DNA of 64,000 nucleotides from Hamiltosporidium tvaerminnensis FI-OER-3-3 (taxonomy: Eukaryota > Fungi > Microsporidia). The notes beneath the pieces were generated by a model. It made no database searches. It worked only from the letters and a program-made list of their open reading frames with translations, and had not been told where the DNA came from. The position numbers were made by a program, and so were the translations under genes. Positions within the stretch are counted from its first letter, which is position 1. Each line of letters opens with the position of its first letter. This document shows, one piece after another, positions 13,286 through 24,900 of this stretch. The DNA is taken from positions 310,001 through 374,000 of the forward strand of contig CM061256.1 in NCBI GenBank assembly GCA_022605425.2. Reading direction: 5' to 3'.

Positions 13286-14029
13286 ATGGTTTTTATAAAT
13301 TCTTTACCAATTTTAATACAAAAAACAATTTTTCTTTCAAAACTTTCCTCAAAAATATCAATTTCTCCAACAACGATTTCAACAAAAAACATTCAAATAG
13401 AACTTCCACCATTCACAGATCAAACCATAACCCTTTCATCAAAAGATTTATTACAATTTTTAAATATAAATTCTTCTACTTTAAATCTCAAATACGACTT
13501 AAATTTAGAATCATGCAGTTCAGAAGAAGAAAATTATATTTCAAATAAAAAAGAGAAAAGTTTTTATGGAATATTTAAAAGTAGTGAGACTATAAAAGAA
13601 AATAAAAGTGATATTTTTCTTATTTTAAAATATAAACTATCTATTAATAAATGTATGGTAGATATAAGAAAGTGTATACGTGTATATCCCTTCATACATC
13701 CTTTTCAATGTACCTTGGTACCAATTCTCGTTTTAAATATTTTTCCTTTTCCCTATAATTTTAATAATTCAAATTTAAAGTTTATTTATAAAAAATCTCT
13801 TGAAATAATTTGTGAAGGAATTGTAACGGTTAATTTACTTATAAATTCTGAAGAAATTTCTTTTACTAAAAATGAAATTGAATTTACAATTCTTTCTTCT
13901 GATCTGGGATTTTTATCTTTGATAGATGAAAATACTGCTTTAAAAATGTGTGTATTTGATAATTATTGTTTATTTTATTTCTTTGAAGAAGATGTAACAA
14001 CTGTAGTAAGAGCTTGTTATATTAATTAG
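13286..14029 (+). CDS. Hypothetical protein, 247 aa
   Basis: Long ATG-initiated ORF in AT-rich DNA; no motif confidently recognised. Confidence 0.65.
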   Translation: MVFINSLPILIQKTIFLSKLSSKISISPTTISTKNIQIELPPFTDQTITLSSKDLLQFLNINSSTLNLKYDLNLESCSSEEENYISNKKEKSFYGIFKSSETIKENKSDIFLILKYKLSINKCMVDIRKCIRVYPFIHPFQCTLVPILVLNIFPFPYNFNNSNLKFIYKKSLEIICEGIVTVNLLINSEEISFTKNEIEFTILSSDLGFLSLIDENTALKMCVFDNYCLFYFFEEDVTTVVRACYIN

Positions 14030-14239
14030 GATATTCTTTTTGGCTCTTTAATACTGTTTTAATTGTTTAAATAGTTAAATTCATTTGTTTTTTTCTTATT
14101 TTTTTATTCGTTTCATATTTTTTTATTTTAAATTGTTTACGTTTACAACGATTAAAGGTAAAATATTTTTTAAAAGATTTATACTTAAAAATCAAAAATG
14201 TGAGTTATACTGGAAATTATACGACTTTGAAATATTTTA

Positions 14240-14660
14240 TTTTCTAGAATAGTCAATTGCTATGAATAACTAGGAATATTGGATGATAGCAAAGGAAACC
14301 AATTCTTGATTTGCTTTTTGAAGCGATGCTACTGTGGGCAATTGAAGAGATTAAATAAAAGACAAATAAAATCATATACTAATAAACATAAGTATGTCAA
14401 TCATTATAATTAAAGCTAGTTTATCTGAACATGCTGATTTCTTCGAGTCAATCATGCAGTGTATGTAGTTTTTATGAAAAAAAATCAAATTTCAGACAGG
14501 AAATTAAACAGCGCTTTATAAATTTAGATCTAAATAACAAACGAAATTCATTATCTTGTTCTAGATGTAAACATTTTCACAGAAAAATCTTATATATTCG
14601 AGATAAATAAAGAAATTCATATCAGAAATGAGTAAAATTTAAATTAAAAATGATATAGCA
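14240..14660 (+). pseudogene. Decayed fragment of an RLE non-LTR RT
   Basis: Pieces translate as LGILDDSKG, EHADFFE, HAVYVVFMKKN, KQRF, KEIHIR, colinear with LGIIEDSRE, EPADFSK, DAVRAVLVKNK, KERL, KEISTR of the 22-25 kb ORF. Confidence 0.55.
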
Positions 14661-16217
14661 ATTTAATTTGCCAAAAAAAGGTAAAAAGGAGTATGAACCA
14701 AGATCATATAAATAGCTTAACTAGGAAATTTATACAACAAAACAGACTATCAAATATTACTTCAGGTTCTTCATAAAGCTAGAAAAAAAATGAAGTGGTT
14801 TATGTTAGAAATTTTCTAAATAATGGATGGACCTGAAAAATACCACTTTATATGTCGTTTTCTACATGATTCGAGATATAAATTATATCGTAAGATGCTG
14901 ATGATGAGTTTTAATATTTTATAATTTATGATGCGCAATTTTCGATTCTATTCATAACATGTAAGAATGGGACTTTTTAATTTTAAAAGTTTGGTGTATC
15001 TTCTTATTTACACAGCTTAAATAAATCAAAATTTAAGTATTTTAAAACGAATTGAAACGCTCCGTTTTAAAAATTCTTAAAAATGCTGCGTATCTACTAC
15101 ATAAATATAAATTTTGTTCGTGAAATGAAGGTGCGTGCCAAAGTAAAAGTATTATTAGCAAATAATACCTCATTTGTTTTGGTATAAGCAAATCATAAAC
15201 AAGCAGATAAATTATTGTGTGTGCTATTTAATCTTGGAACGCAGTTATTGATTCTATATCTAAACAGGAATGAAAAACATGCTTTTGGTCATAAAAACTT
15301 TATATATACCCTATGCTGGGAACTCAAGTATTATTTCTAGAAATGAAGAAGATAATTAATCTTTGTTCGGTGCTATAAAAACAGAATCGGCAAAAGCCGA
15401 TATGAAGATAAAATAGATCAAATCTAGGCACATTAGAATGAAATACTAAAATGAAAAAGTAGTGAAGCGCTTAGAAATTGGCTTTTTTAAATTCGAAAAG
15501 ATATTAAGGTTTAAAATTTTAGTTACCATTCTAAATGAAAATAATAAAAGTAATGAGGAAATAAAGGAATAATGAAGGCGGGGAGCGAGATATACTTTTC
15601 GCCACATAATTTAATTAAATCAAGATATATAAGAAAAATACAAAAAAATATTTAAAGAACTATCTAGAAACCTGTTTTTTTATATGAGATTTGGGTGATG
15701 GCAAAAAGAGATTAAACACTCTGGAAAACGTGGTAAAGAAAGATACTGGCAAAATATATGGGTCTAAAACCATCACACTGAATGGAATATAAGAAGAAAC
15801 CAAAAAAATTATGATATTTAGTGTTAATTAGATTCGGTTACGAGATAAAAAAAGTAAGATTACGCGGTCAGGAAATATGGTAAAAAAGCCACCTGCTCGA
15901 GGTGATAGTAAAGCTCAAGCGTATAATACTAATGGAAAAAAAAAAGAGTTATACCACGAAAAAAATGAATAGATGCCGAGAAAAGACCTCATAATGCTTA
16001 ATGTGAGGATTGGAAGACAAAAGAACAAGGTGAAAAGGAAGGGAAAAAATTATTAAAGTCACTAGAGCTCTTAAAATTTCGGCGTCACATAAAAGCAGTA
16101 GATTCATCAATAAAATAATTTGCTCAATATATGCAAGGTAGGAGGGAAATCGGTAGATTATATTAAGCACGAATTCAAACACAAATCTAATTACATTACA
16201 ACTAATCAAGATAGTAA

Positions 16218-16949
16218 GGCTTTATTTAAAAGTATCACATCTTTTTAAAATAGTGGCAAGTGTTATATTTGTTTTCATGACATTAACGCAGTTCTAGGTT
16301 TAACATAAATGACTGCTACCCCAACACTCCATCGGTAATCCCTGCGATACCTACGTTCCACCGCCTTTCATCTACCAGGTGTGTAGAACCTAATTAATAG
16401 GCGAGGCAGTTGCCCGGAGTTCGTTAATGTCCGTTGCATGGAGTGTGATCGAAGGCTGAAGCCCCCCCTGGGCTCCCCCAAGACTATGCAGCATTCCCAC
16501 TTACTCTACACTTTCTGAACCCAATAAACTTCTAGCTAAGATATATTTCAGAGATTTACATGGGGTCCACCTAGACAGTGCAATGTCATACCAACAGGTA
16601 TAACCTGCTACTTAGCTTTCCTGGCTTTAAATGGTTTTTTATTTTGTATCTCCCAGGCGCTAAGTCTTCTAACCCGAGTGAGCAAGGCTAGGTTTCCATG
16701 CTTTTACATGGCAATTACCTACATGATCAGCTGCGGTCTGCAATCTGGTTACGTAAAAAACTACAAATAAATTTGTAGAAAAAGTTTCTCCATTTCTTAG
16801 ACCTCTTCTCTTCATAACAACTCCCATGGAACAACCGAAGATGTAGTGTGGTTGTATTCCCACCAAAAATCCAAACAATGACCTCACACCAGTTTCACAC
16901 ACTCATTGCCAAGCAGAAAGTTTTTTATGTGGTTATCCTCCCTCCACTT
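16218..16949 (-). mobile_element. Dispersed structured element, copy 3, full length with 13-bp TSD
   Basis: ATCAAGATAGTAA at 16205-16217 and 16950-16962 brackets the homology block; element reads (A)AGTGGAGGGAGGATAACC...TTTTAAATAAAGCC on the minus strand. Confidence 0.85.
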
Positions 16950-18140
16950 ATCAAGATAGTAATAATCTTAGATTTTTTTATTAGAATCAAAGAAGAATAA
17001 ATAAAAAAATATGAAAGAATCTTAAAACAAATCATGGTTTTTAAAATTATTCCAGGCAAGTATAAGTATGGAAAAAACATTTTTCGATTATATAATCAAT
17101 CTTACTATATAAATAGAATTTGTGGTGAGCAATTAACGGACATTATAATATATCTTCATGATTCTATGATTGGAATCAAGTTATAAATTTCAAACTATAA
17201 CAATCCATCAAAAAATATTTTAATTTTGATATTTTAATTAACAAATTACTGTCTATGTCTTAAGATTACTTATTATACTTTTTAAATCAGCGTATGTTTT
17301 AAATTAATCTATGTTTTTCTTCAGATATATATTTAACCAAAATTATTTTATCCTAAACCGATTCTGTATGAAATTATACATTATCAATTAAATATATGTA
17401 TATGAAAGAATATTTATAAAATCTTCTTTAAAATAGAATCTGAAAATTTAAAAAGATTTATAGCAATCTTGTGTGTATAAAATAGGCAGGTAAATTGTTT
17501 CGTTTGAGCATTTCATTCGTGTTTGTAAAATCATTTTTTTTGGCATATATTATAATTCAGGTTTAGAATTGGAATTGTCGATTTAATTATTGTAAAAAAT
17601 TATTGCTTAAACGTAAATCGTGCTCGGAATATCTCTGTAAGAAGATATAAAGCTTGTTAAATGCAAGATAAATACGTTTTGGACAGTTAGTATTGTAAAA
17701 ACTTATTTTAAATTTATATTAATCCATAACTTGTAATATTTATATGCTTTTTCTACTCAAATCATAAAGTGCCGATGGATTTCTAAACAAGCTTATCTAT
17801 TTTATAGTCGAAATTGTTCTAATGTCATAAAAAAATATGCATATAATCCTTTATTAGAAATCTCAGATATAAATTGGTTAAAAACTAATATATTTATAAA
17901 AAATTCTAACAATAGAATGAAAATTTTTAAAAAAATTAACTAAAATCTAGATTTTGATAAAAAAAAGTTAAAAATATTTTTGGTTTTAGAGGAACTCAGC
18001 GATTGCATACATTAAACTTATCATCACTTATCAAGTCGATAACAAGTTTGGCTTAATTAGGCATAAATCAGTTTATCTAAACAATCTAGATAAGTTATGC
18101 TTTTTATAAAAAAATATTTAAAAAAATCAAAAGCTAACAT

Positions 18141-18853
18141 TATGAAATTATTCCAACAAAAAGCATTCAAAATTTTTATGGTGATTCTTGGCGCATTAGT
18201 TATCGTTTCGGTGATAATAGCGGGGATTGGGTACGCTAAGGCTACTTTAATAGTAAACAGCTTTCAAAAAAATAAAAAATTTATCTTCGAATTAAGGGGA
18301 TTTGAAAATCTTGTTTCATCCCTAGAAAATTCTAAAGGTAACGATATTTTCTCAAGAACATTCTTTAGGTAATTTATATGTTTCAGAATTTAATTCTAAT
18401 GATGAAAACATAAACATGTGGATTAAAGCTTTGGAATCAAAAGATGAAAATTCCTGTTCTGATTACTTTCCGAAACCTGGCATTTTCCGCAATAAAAATA
18501 TTCATATGGATTATTTAAAGCGTGTTCTAAATGATTATGGTTTCTTTGCAAAAATTGGATTTTGGTTTAAAAGAAATCATCCAGTCAAAACCATACTTGA
18601 AATTATAGATTTTTTTCACAGTCAGCTGTTGAAACATGAACTCAGTGGTTCTATGTTACACATAATAGACGAAAAAACTATAAAAATCTACAATGTTTCG
18701 TTTTCCTGTGGTACAGTCGGTATAAGTTTCGGCTCTTCTAAGTCTTTTGAATTCGGATCGACTAAAGATTTTAGCAACAGAACATTTGAATACATTGCAT
18801 TCATAGTTATGAACTTGACAAGCGGCACATTTGATTCTCCTATTCAAGAATAA
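18141..18853 (+). pseudogene. Frameshifted paralogue of 2955-3677
   Basis: MKLFQQKAFKI...GYAKA aligns with MKFWRNKFFKI...GYRKA; homology moves to the next frame near 18335 (LYVSEFNSNDENINMWIKALESKDE vs FYIPVFRNHNEVKKYLFKAITNKDE). Confidence 0.7.
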
Positions 18854-19219
18854 ATAAAATATTATTGCGTTCATATTGCATTGTTTAAAACCTTACTTGT
18901 AAATTCTTTCTTAAAAAACCATATATCTCTCTAAAATACATAGTTTGCGATTTAGTTTACTTCAAAATTTTTAAGTAAGTAAAAAGCTGTAATTTATCTT
19001 ACGTTAATTTCGAAAAATTCGTTTGCTACACTCTATATTTTGCAAATTAGGAAGGTTTGGGTTAAACAAAAAGCTCGTTTTTTCAGGATTTCGAAACAAC
19101 TAAATTAAAGATAACGTTGCTTCATTCAAAAGATAAGAATATTTTCGTTTTTAGAGAGGATGAGCATAGAAACAGTTAATTGCCTCATCAAATTATTTAT
19201 ATTTATTTTGTAAAAGAGA

Positions 19220-19948
19220 GGTAGAGGGAAGATAACCACAATAAAAACTTTCTACCCAGCAATTAATAGATGAAATTGAAGCATGAAATCATTATTTATT
19301 TTTCTAGTGGATATGAAACCACACTGAATTCTCGGTTATTCCATGGGTGTTGTTATGAGGAAGAGAAGATCTGCCAAATCGCGAAAGTTTTCTATAAATT
19401 TATTTGTAATTTTTTATGTACCCAGATTCTAGAACTTAGTAGGACTCGTAGGTAATTGACATGCAAAAGCATAGGAATCTAGCCTTGCTCACACTGGTTA
19501 GAAGACTTAGCATCAGAGAGATATAAAACATGAAACCTTGAAGCTAGGAAAGCTATTATGCAGACTATACCTGTTGGGATGGCATTTCACTGTTTATGTG
19601 GAGCCATATATGTCTCTGAAATATATCTTGGCGTAAAGTTCATGTGGTTTTGAAAGTGTAGAGTAAGTAGAAATGCTGGATAGTCTTGTGGGAGCCTAAG
19701 GTGGGTTTCAGCCTTCGATCAGATTCTATGCAACTAACATTAAAGAATACCAAGTAACTGCTTACCTAATAAAAGGGCGCGTAATGCCTGTTCGAAGAAA
19801 GGCTTTGGGATGTTGGTACCGTAGAGATTATGATGGAGTGTTGGAAAGCAGTTGGATGTAAACATAGAACTGCGTTAATTTTATGGAAACAAATAAAACA
19901 CCTCAAAGTGGCCTAAACTGTGATGGTTTTAAATTGACAGTCATAAAA
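19220..19948 (+). mobile_element. Dispersed structured element, copy 4
   Basis: Colinear with copy 1 from GAGGGAAGATAACCAC to TGTGATGGTTTTAAAT; candidate 9-bp TSD TAAAAGAGA at 19211-19219 and 19949-19957. Confidence 0.8.
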
Positions 19949-20499
19949 TAAAAGAGAAAAGTAAATCTATAAAATTCAACAAAATTTGCAACAAAGACCT
20001 CAGCCATGGTTTAAAAAATATGAAAAATAGACTAAAAAAATACATCAAGGTATATAAAATCCAAGAAAAAATCTAGTGAAATTGAATCCTAAGAATATAT
20101 ATCATAGGCAATCTGAATCTTATTTTCTTGACTTTTAAATATTTAAAAAAATGTTATAGCGTTGTAAAACAGATAAAATTATAATTATTGCATATAACAG
20201 TCTCCAATGAGCCTTTAAAATATCATTTTTAATGTAGATTATATAAGTGTCCTGAAAATTTTGGAAGAAACAGCTCCAAATATTAAAAATATGCTTTAAG
20301 ATGCAAAATATTTGCTCAAAACTATCTAAATTTATAAGTTTAATTGTTTAACTGAATAATTATAAAATTCGATCCTTCATAAGACAAATCAAATATTTTT
20401 AAACCGAAAAAGAGTGTATTTATATCAAATAATATCATAGAGATACAAATAAACTTATTTTACAAAACAAAAAATATCGCGCATTACCATAACTGACAA

Positions 20500-21300
20500 C
20501 TTTTCACATATTTCACGATATTAAAGCTTACAATGTAAACTTTATTGGGTTTGACTTCATGTTTAATACGCATGTTATTTTTAGCAATAGAACCAGATTC
20601 CGATAAATCATTCTCGGCCAAGAAAATTGTGCCAAATTCAAAAACAATTGCATAAGATAGTTCAGAGTCAAAATCTACTTCAAATGTTAAGCTGGTAATT
20701 GTTGTTTTCTGGCTCTATTTAAACATGTTTTTATCTATACACAGCCAATTTAAATTCATTTTGATTCATGAAATCTTTAATGAACCACATAACCTGTGAG
20801 CAATACTCCATTATTTAAAGATGATTAATTTAGCCTAGCTTATCATTCAAAAACAAAGAGTTTCCTAAAATCAAAGTAAGATTGATGGAGGTTTCATAAA
20901 ATTTTGACTCAAACTTAATAGAAACTATTATTTTAACAAACCCTAAATTTTAAGAGTTTAACTACTAAGAAATGCCAAAAGTGAGTATGAAATTCTAGCC
21001 AAATAAAGTTGAAAGTAATATTTAAATTATTTTTTAGCTGTTTCCATGAAATTTACTATTAAGACCAAATAAATATTATATTTGTACTAAAATACTAGGG
21101 AACGGCTAGCAAAATACAAATCTTTTGTAAAATTTGGTCTAAAAAATGGATTTATCTGGTATTACCACGATGTTTAGGGATAGATCAACCAAGATTAATC
21201 GAAAAAACACACATCAAATTCGCAAGACCTTTGATTATTTTTGAATATAAATTCATATGAAAGTATTTATCAAACAAATTTATTTTTAAAAATTTACAAA
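20500..21300 (+). pseudogene. Possible decayed Ty3/gypsy pol fragment
   Basis: RERLAKYKSFVKFGLKNGF (~21097-21153) resembles the gypsy RT KxFSKxDLxNGF block, followed by EKTHIKF...FEYK; NFIGFDFM (~20540) resembles the protease end; heavily disrupted. Confidence 0.35.
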
Positions 21301-21953
21301 GATTTGCATCATAAGAACTCTAAGTTACTTGAAATTAAAAAAATTTCGGTTTTTATTTTATTCTATATTCTTAAAAATATCTCTATTGCAATGTTCATAA
21401 AGGTTTATTGTAATCAAGTATTTAAAGAAGATCCTAGCATTTCTTACTTTTTTATATGATGCATTGTTGGCTTAACCATATAAATCATTTTACTGTACAT
21501 TATCTACTATACCAGCTGCGTTTTTATTTTTCTAAAATTTAAAAATTTTAATAGAATTTTTTAAAGATTTTTTGTGATTGGCCAATGAATCCTTTTTATA
21601 ATTTATCTTAAGTTAATATGTTTACAGAAATCTATATCCTATATATTCAAGAGGTATCCAATCCATAATGGCTCCTATAAAATTGAACATATCTTCTTTT
21701 CAGAAGAAAGCTATTATTATCAACACTTTATTTTTCGACATTAAATTCAATTATATTCTAGTTACAATCTTATATTTTCTTTATGTGAATATTTGATTGG
21801 AAAAAAACCAAATATTTACCATAGAATGAGTTTAATCTACAAAATTTAGACTACTTTTTTTCAATAAAAAATAGGATGATTCTGAAAATATAATTTTGGC
21901 CATCTAGACTGTAAATATCTTTTAAATGTTTTAAGGATACTTAGTTGAAGGAT

Positions 21954-24900
21954 TTTTATTTAATAAAATTCTGGGTTAAAATATTTTTTACCATTTTTAC
22001 ATGTTTTCTTCTACCTCTTTGACCACTTTTGTCTCTTCTTCCAAATCCGACTCTTCATTTATGTTATTGGTCGGTTCCTCTAAAGTGGTTCCTCCTTGTA
22101 AAATAAAGGGGGCTTTTTATTTTGGTTTAAAATTTTTGGCACCATCTTCCTCTGTTTTCGCTTCTTTTAAAGGGGGTATTGGTTCCTCATGCATCTCTGA
22201 TCTCATAATAACACCCATTGACGCTCTCTCCCAGCTCTCTTCGGCATTTAGTCCTGACTCAAGTCCTCTTCGTCGATCAAAGGAAATAGTTTCGACTGTT
22301 TTCTTAAGTACTATAGACTGAATGTATGCCTCTACATTCATGGGTATTTCTAGTCTTTTAACATATGTCTTATAATATTGTGTCACAATACCATCCCAGG
22401 TCATCACATAGGGAATTATCTCTACACTAAACTTATAAATAAGGCCCAACTCATTGGCTAGCAGGTCATACTTCCTAAGTTTTTCAGTTTCAACTATTTG
22501 AAGTGAATCTTGGGAAGTGATTCCTACTTCAATGAGTGTTATCTTATTCTTCTTCTTATCTAAAATAAATATGTCCGGTCTGTTATTCCGAATTTTAACA
22601 TCAGTGTTAATTCTGGTGTCCACTCTTATCTCTGCATACTCATTATCAAGAATTTCTTGAACTGAGTGGCTCCTTATTCGTTTTGAAGACTTAAACTTAT
22701 ATCTATTAAGAAGGAGAAGGTGTAGGCATCTAACCACTTCATTATGCCGTCTAGTGTAATCATGACCTAGCATTTTTTCACATCTAGTTGCTAGATGATC
22801 CACAGTCTTACCAGACTTCCCGCAATGTTGACACACACCATCTGCTCCCCAGAATACATTTCTATCCTGGATATAGCAGAACACAGCTTCATTTCGTGGC
22901 CTAATATTTCCTCTCTTTAGCCATCTTGAAGAGTCACTAACACTCACAAGCTCATTTTTCCTTGCATTATATAACTTTGAATGGAGTTTTCGTTTTTCTA
23001 TTTCGTTATATAGTTTTGCAAGTTGAGCTTCTTCTAAACTTTTCTTAGTGACTTCTTCTACCAACCTGTACTTTACTTTTAAGAAGCCTTTTATTAGTGC
23101 AAGATGGGTTTTATTATTATTCTCCACCTTGAGGATTGCTGCTCGTCTAGTTGATATTTCTTTACTTTTTTCCAGACAATCCAAGAGTTGCAGAAGCATA
23201 TGTTCGCTTCGCAACTCAACACTATGTAGGCCTCTTCCAAGTTCTGTTCTAGGAAGATACAACCGCTCTTTACATCCTGGGCGGAGATGTATCTTATTTT
23301 TAACCAACACCGCACGCACTGCATCATCTAACTTAGAGAAGTCAGCCGGTTCAAGTCGAAGTACTCCTATGTGGTAGTTGATTAACGATATCGCATGTTG
23401 ATTGATTGCAGAAAATAAATTTTTTGCATTTAATCTAGTGTGACAAAGTCTTTCAACTCTTGATATAAGTTTGCTCTGTACTTCTTCAAATGAGCTACGT
23501 GTTGGGATTTCTCTGCTATCTTCTATTATTCCTAAATATTTGTAAACACTAACACCTTCTAGAAGAGTAGCAGTATCTTCACAACACGTATCATTTGTGG
23601 CTGACTTCTCTTTGTTAATCTCTAAGCCAATCACCTCTAAAAATTCCTTTGCCTCGCCTGTCATAGCACTCAATGTGGAGCTGTCTTTTGCAAGGAGCTT
23701 AAGATCATCAATAATCAAGAGATGATTAGTAGAATGGGATTCTGCATCTGTTTGTACTGTCACTTTTGTGTATTTTTCATTAAGCTTTCGGCTTAATGGA
23801 TCCATACACAACACAAATAACAAAGGTGACAGACTATCTCCTTGTAGAATCCCTCTATCAATCTTCTTGCTCATGATTTTTTCAGGCCCTACTGATATAT
23901 CAATTTTCCATTTTGATATAATTACCTTAATAAATTTCAGGATCCAATCAGGTAAATTAAGGTTTTCAATGCATTGAGTTAAATAAGCATGATCTATTGA
24001 ATCATAAGCTTTTTTAACATCAATCCATGTTGCCTTAAGATTATTTCCATACTCTTTATTTAAGGCAATATTCAGTAGAGCCTGCTCTTTCGCTCCCTGC
24101 ACACCTCTTACCGCCCCTAGTTGGTTCTCCGCAAGCAACCCTCGCCTTTCCACTTCAAGTTGAACGACTTTCGTTACACACTTTGTCGTTAACTTATAGA
24201 GGTTGGACATACAAGTGATTGGCCTGTAGTCAGAGCCTCTTCGTGGAATTCCTTTCGGTATCAAATACGTAAGCCCGCAGTAAAACCAATCAGCTTGAGG
24301 TGTTCCTTCTAAACATATAACTTTCACAATATCATAAATATATTTGTGAAGAGTTGTAAGTTTCTTAATGAAAAAATTGTAAATACCATCAATTCCAGCA
24401 GCTTTCCAATTGGGAAGCCAATTAATGATATTTAATAATTCATCAAGTGAAGGAAACGTGGTAGGATGATTATCTGATACAAATGGAATCAAATAATCAT
24501 CGTACGTGACTGTGTCATCATTTTTGTTCCACATTGTAGACCAAAAACTCACAATTTCATCACGGCTAACCACATGCTCGGATTCTACACGCTCAGATAA
24601 CCCACGATAAAATCGACCTCGGAAAAGCTCAAACATACGATTCTCTTTTCGGAATTGCTTCCTACTTTCATGCATCGTAATTTTTTTCTCGTAAACATTC
24701 AAAGACTCATTCTTCTTAACTAAAGCCTCAGAAAGATCAGTTACGCTGCTCAAGTTTAAATTAAACTCTCGCATGATTTTCTTAAGGCTCTTCGTTTCCG
24801 AAGTGGAGAGCTTTTCCTGCTTACGAGCTTTCTCGAGGAGATCTTTGGAAAGTACTAACTTAGAAATTTTACTTTCTATGTTTTCCTTCCAAGCGGATCT

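Noticed and set aside
15100-16150. Possible decayed DNA-transposase remnant
   Set aside because: Composition suggests old coding DNA but no motif could be identified with confidence; same for ~6600-7400, ~39700-41950 and ~50200-51600
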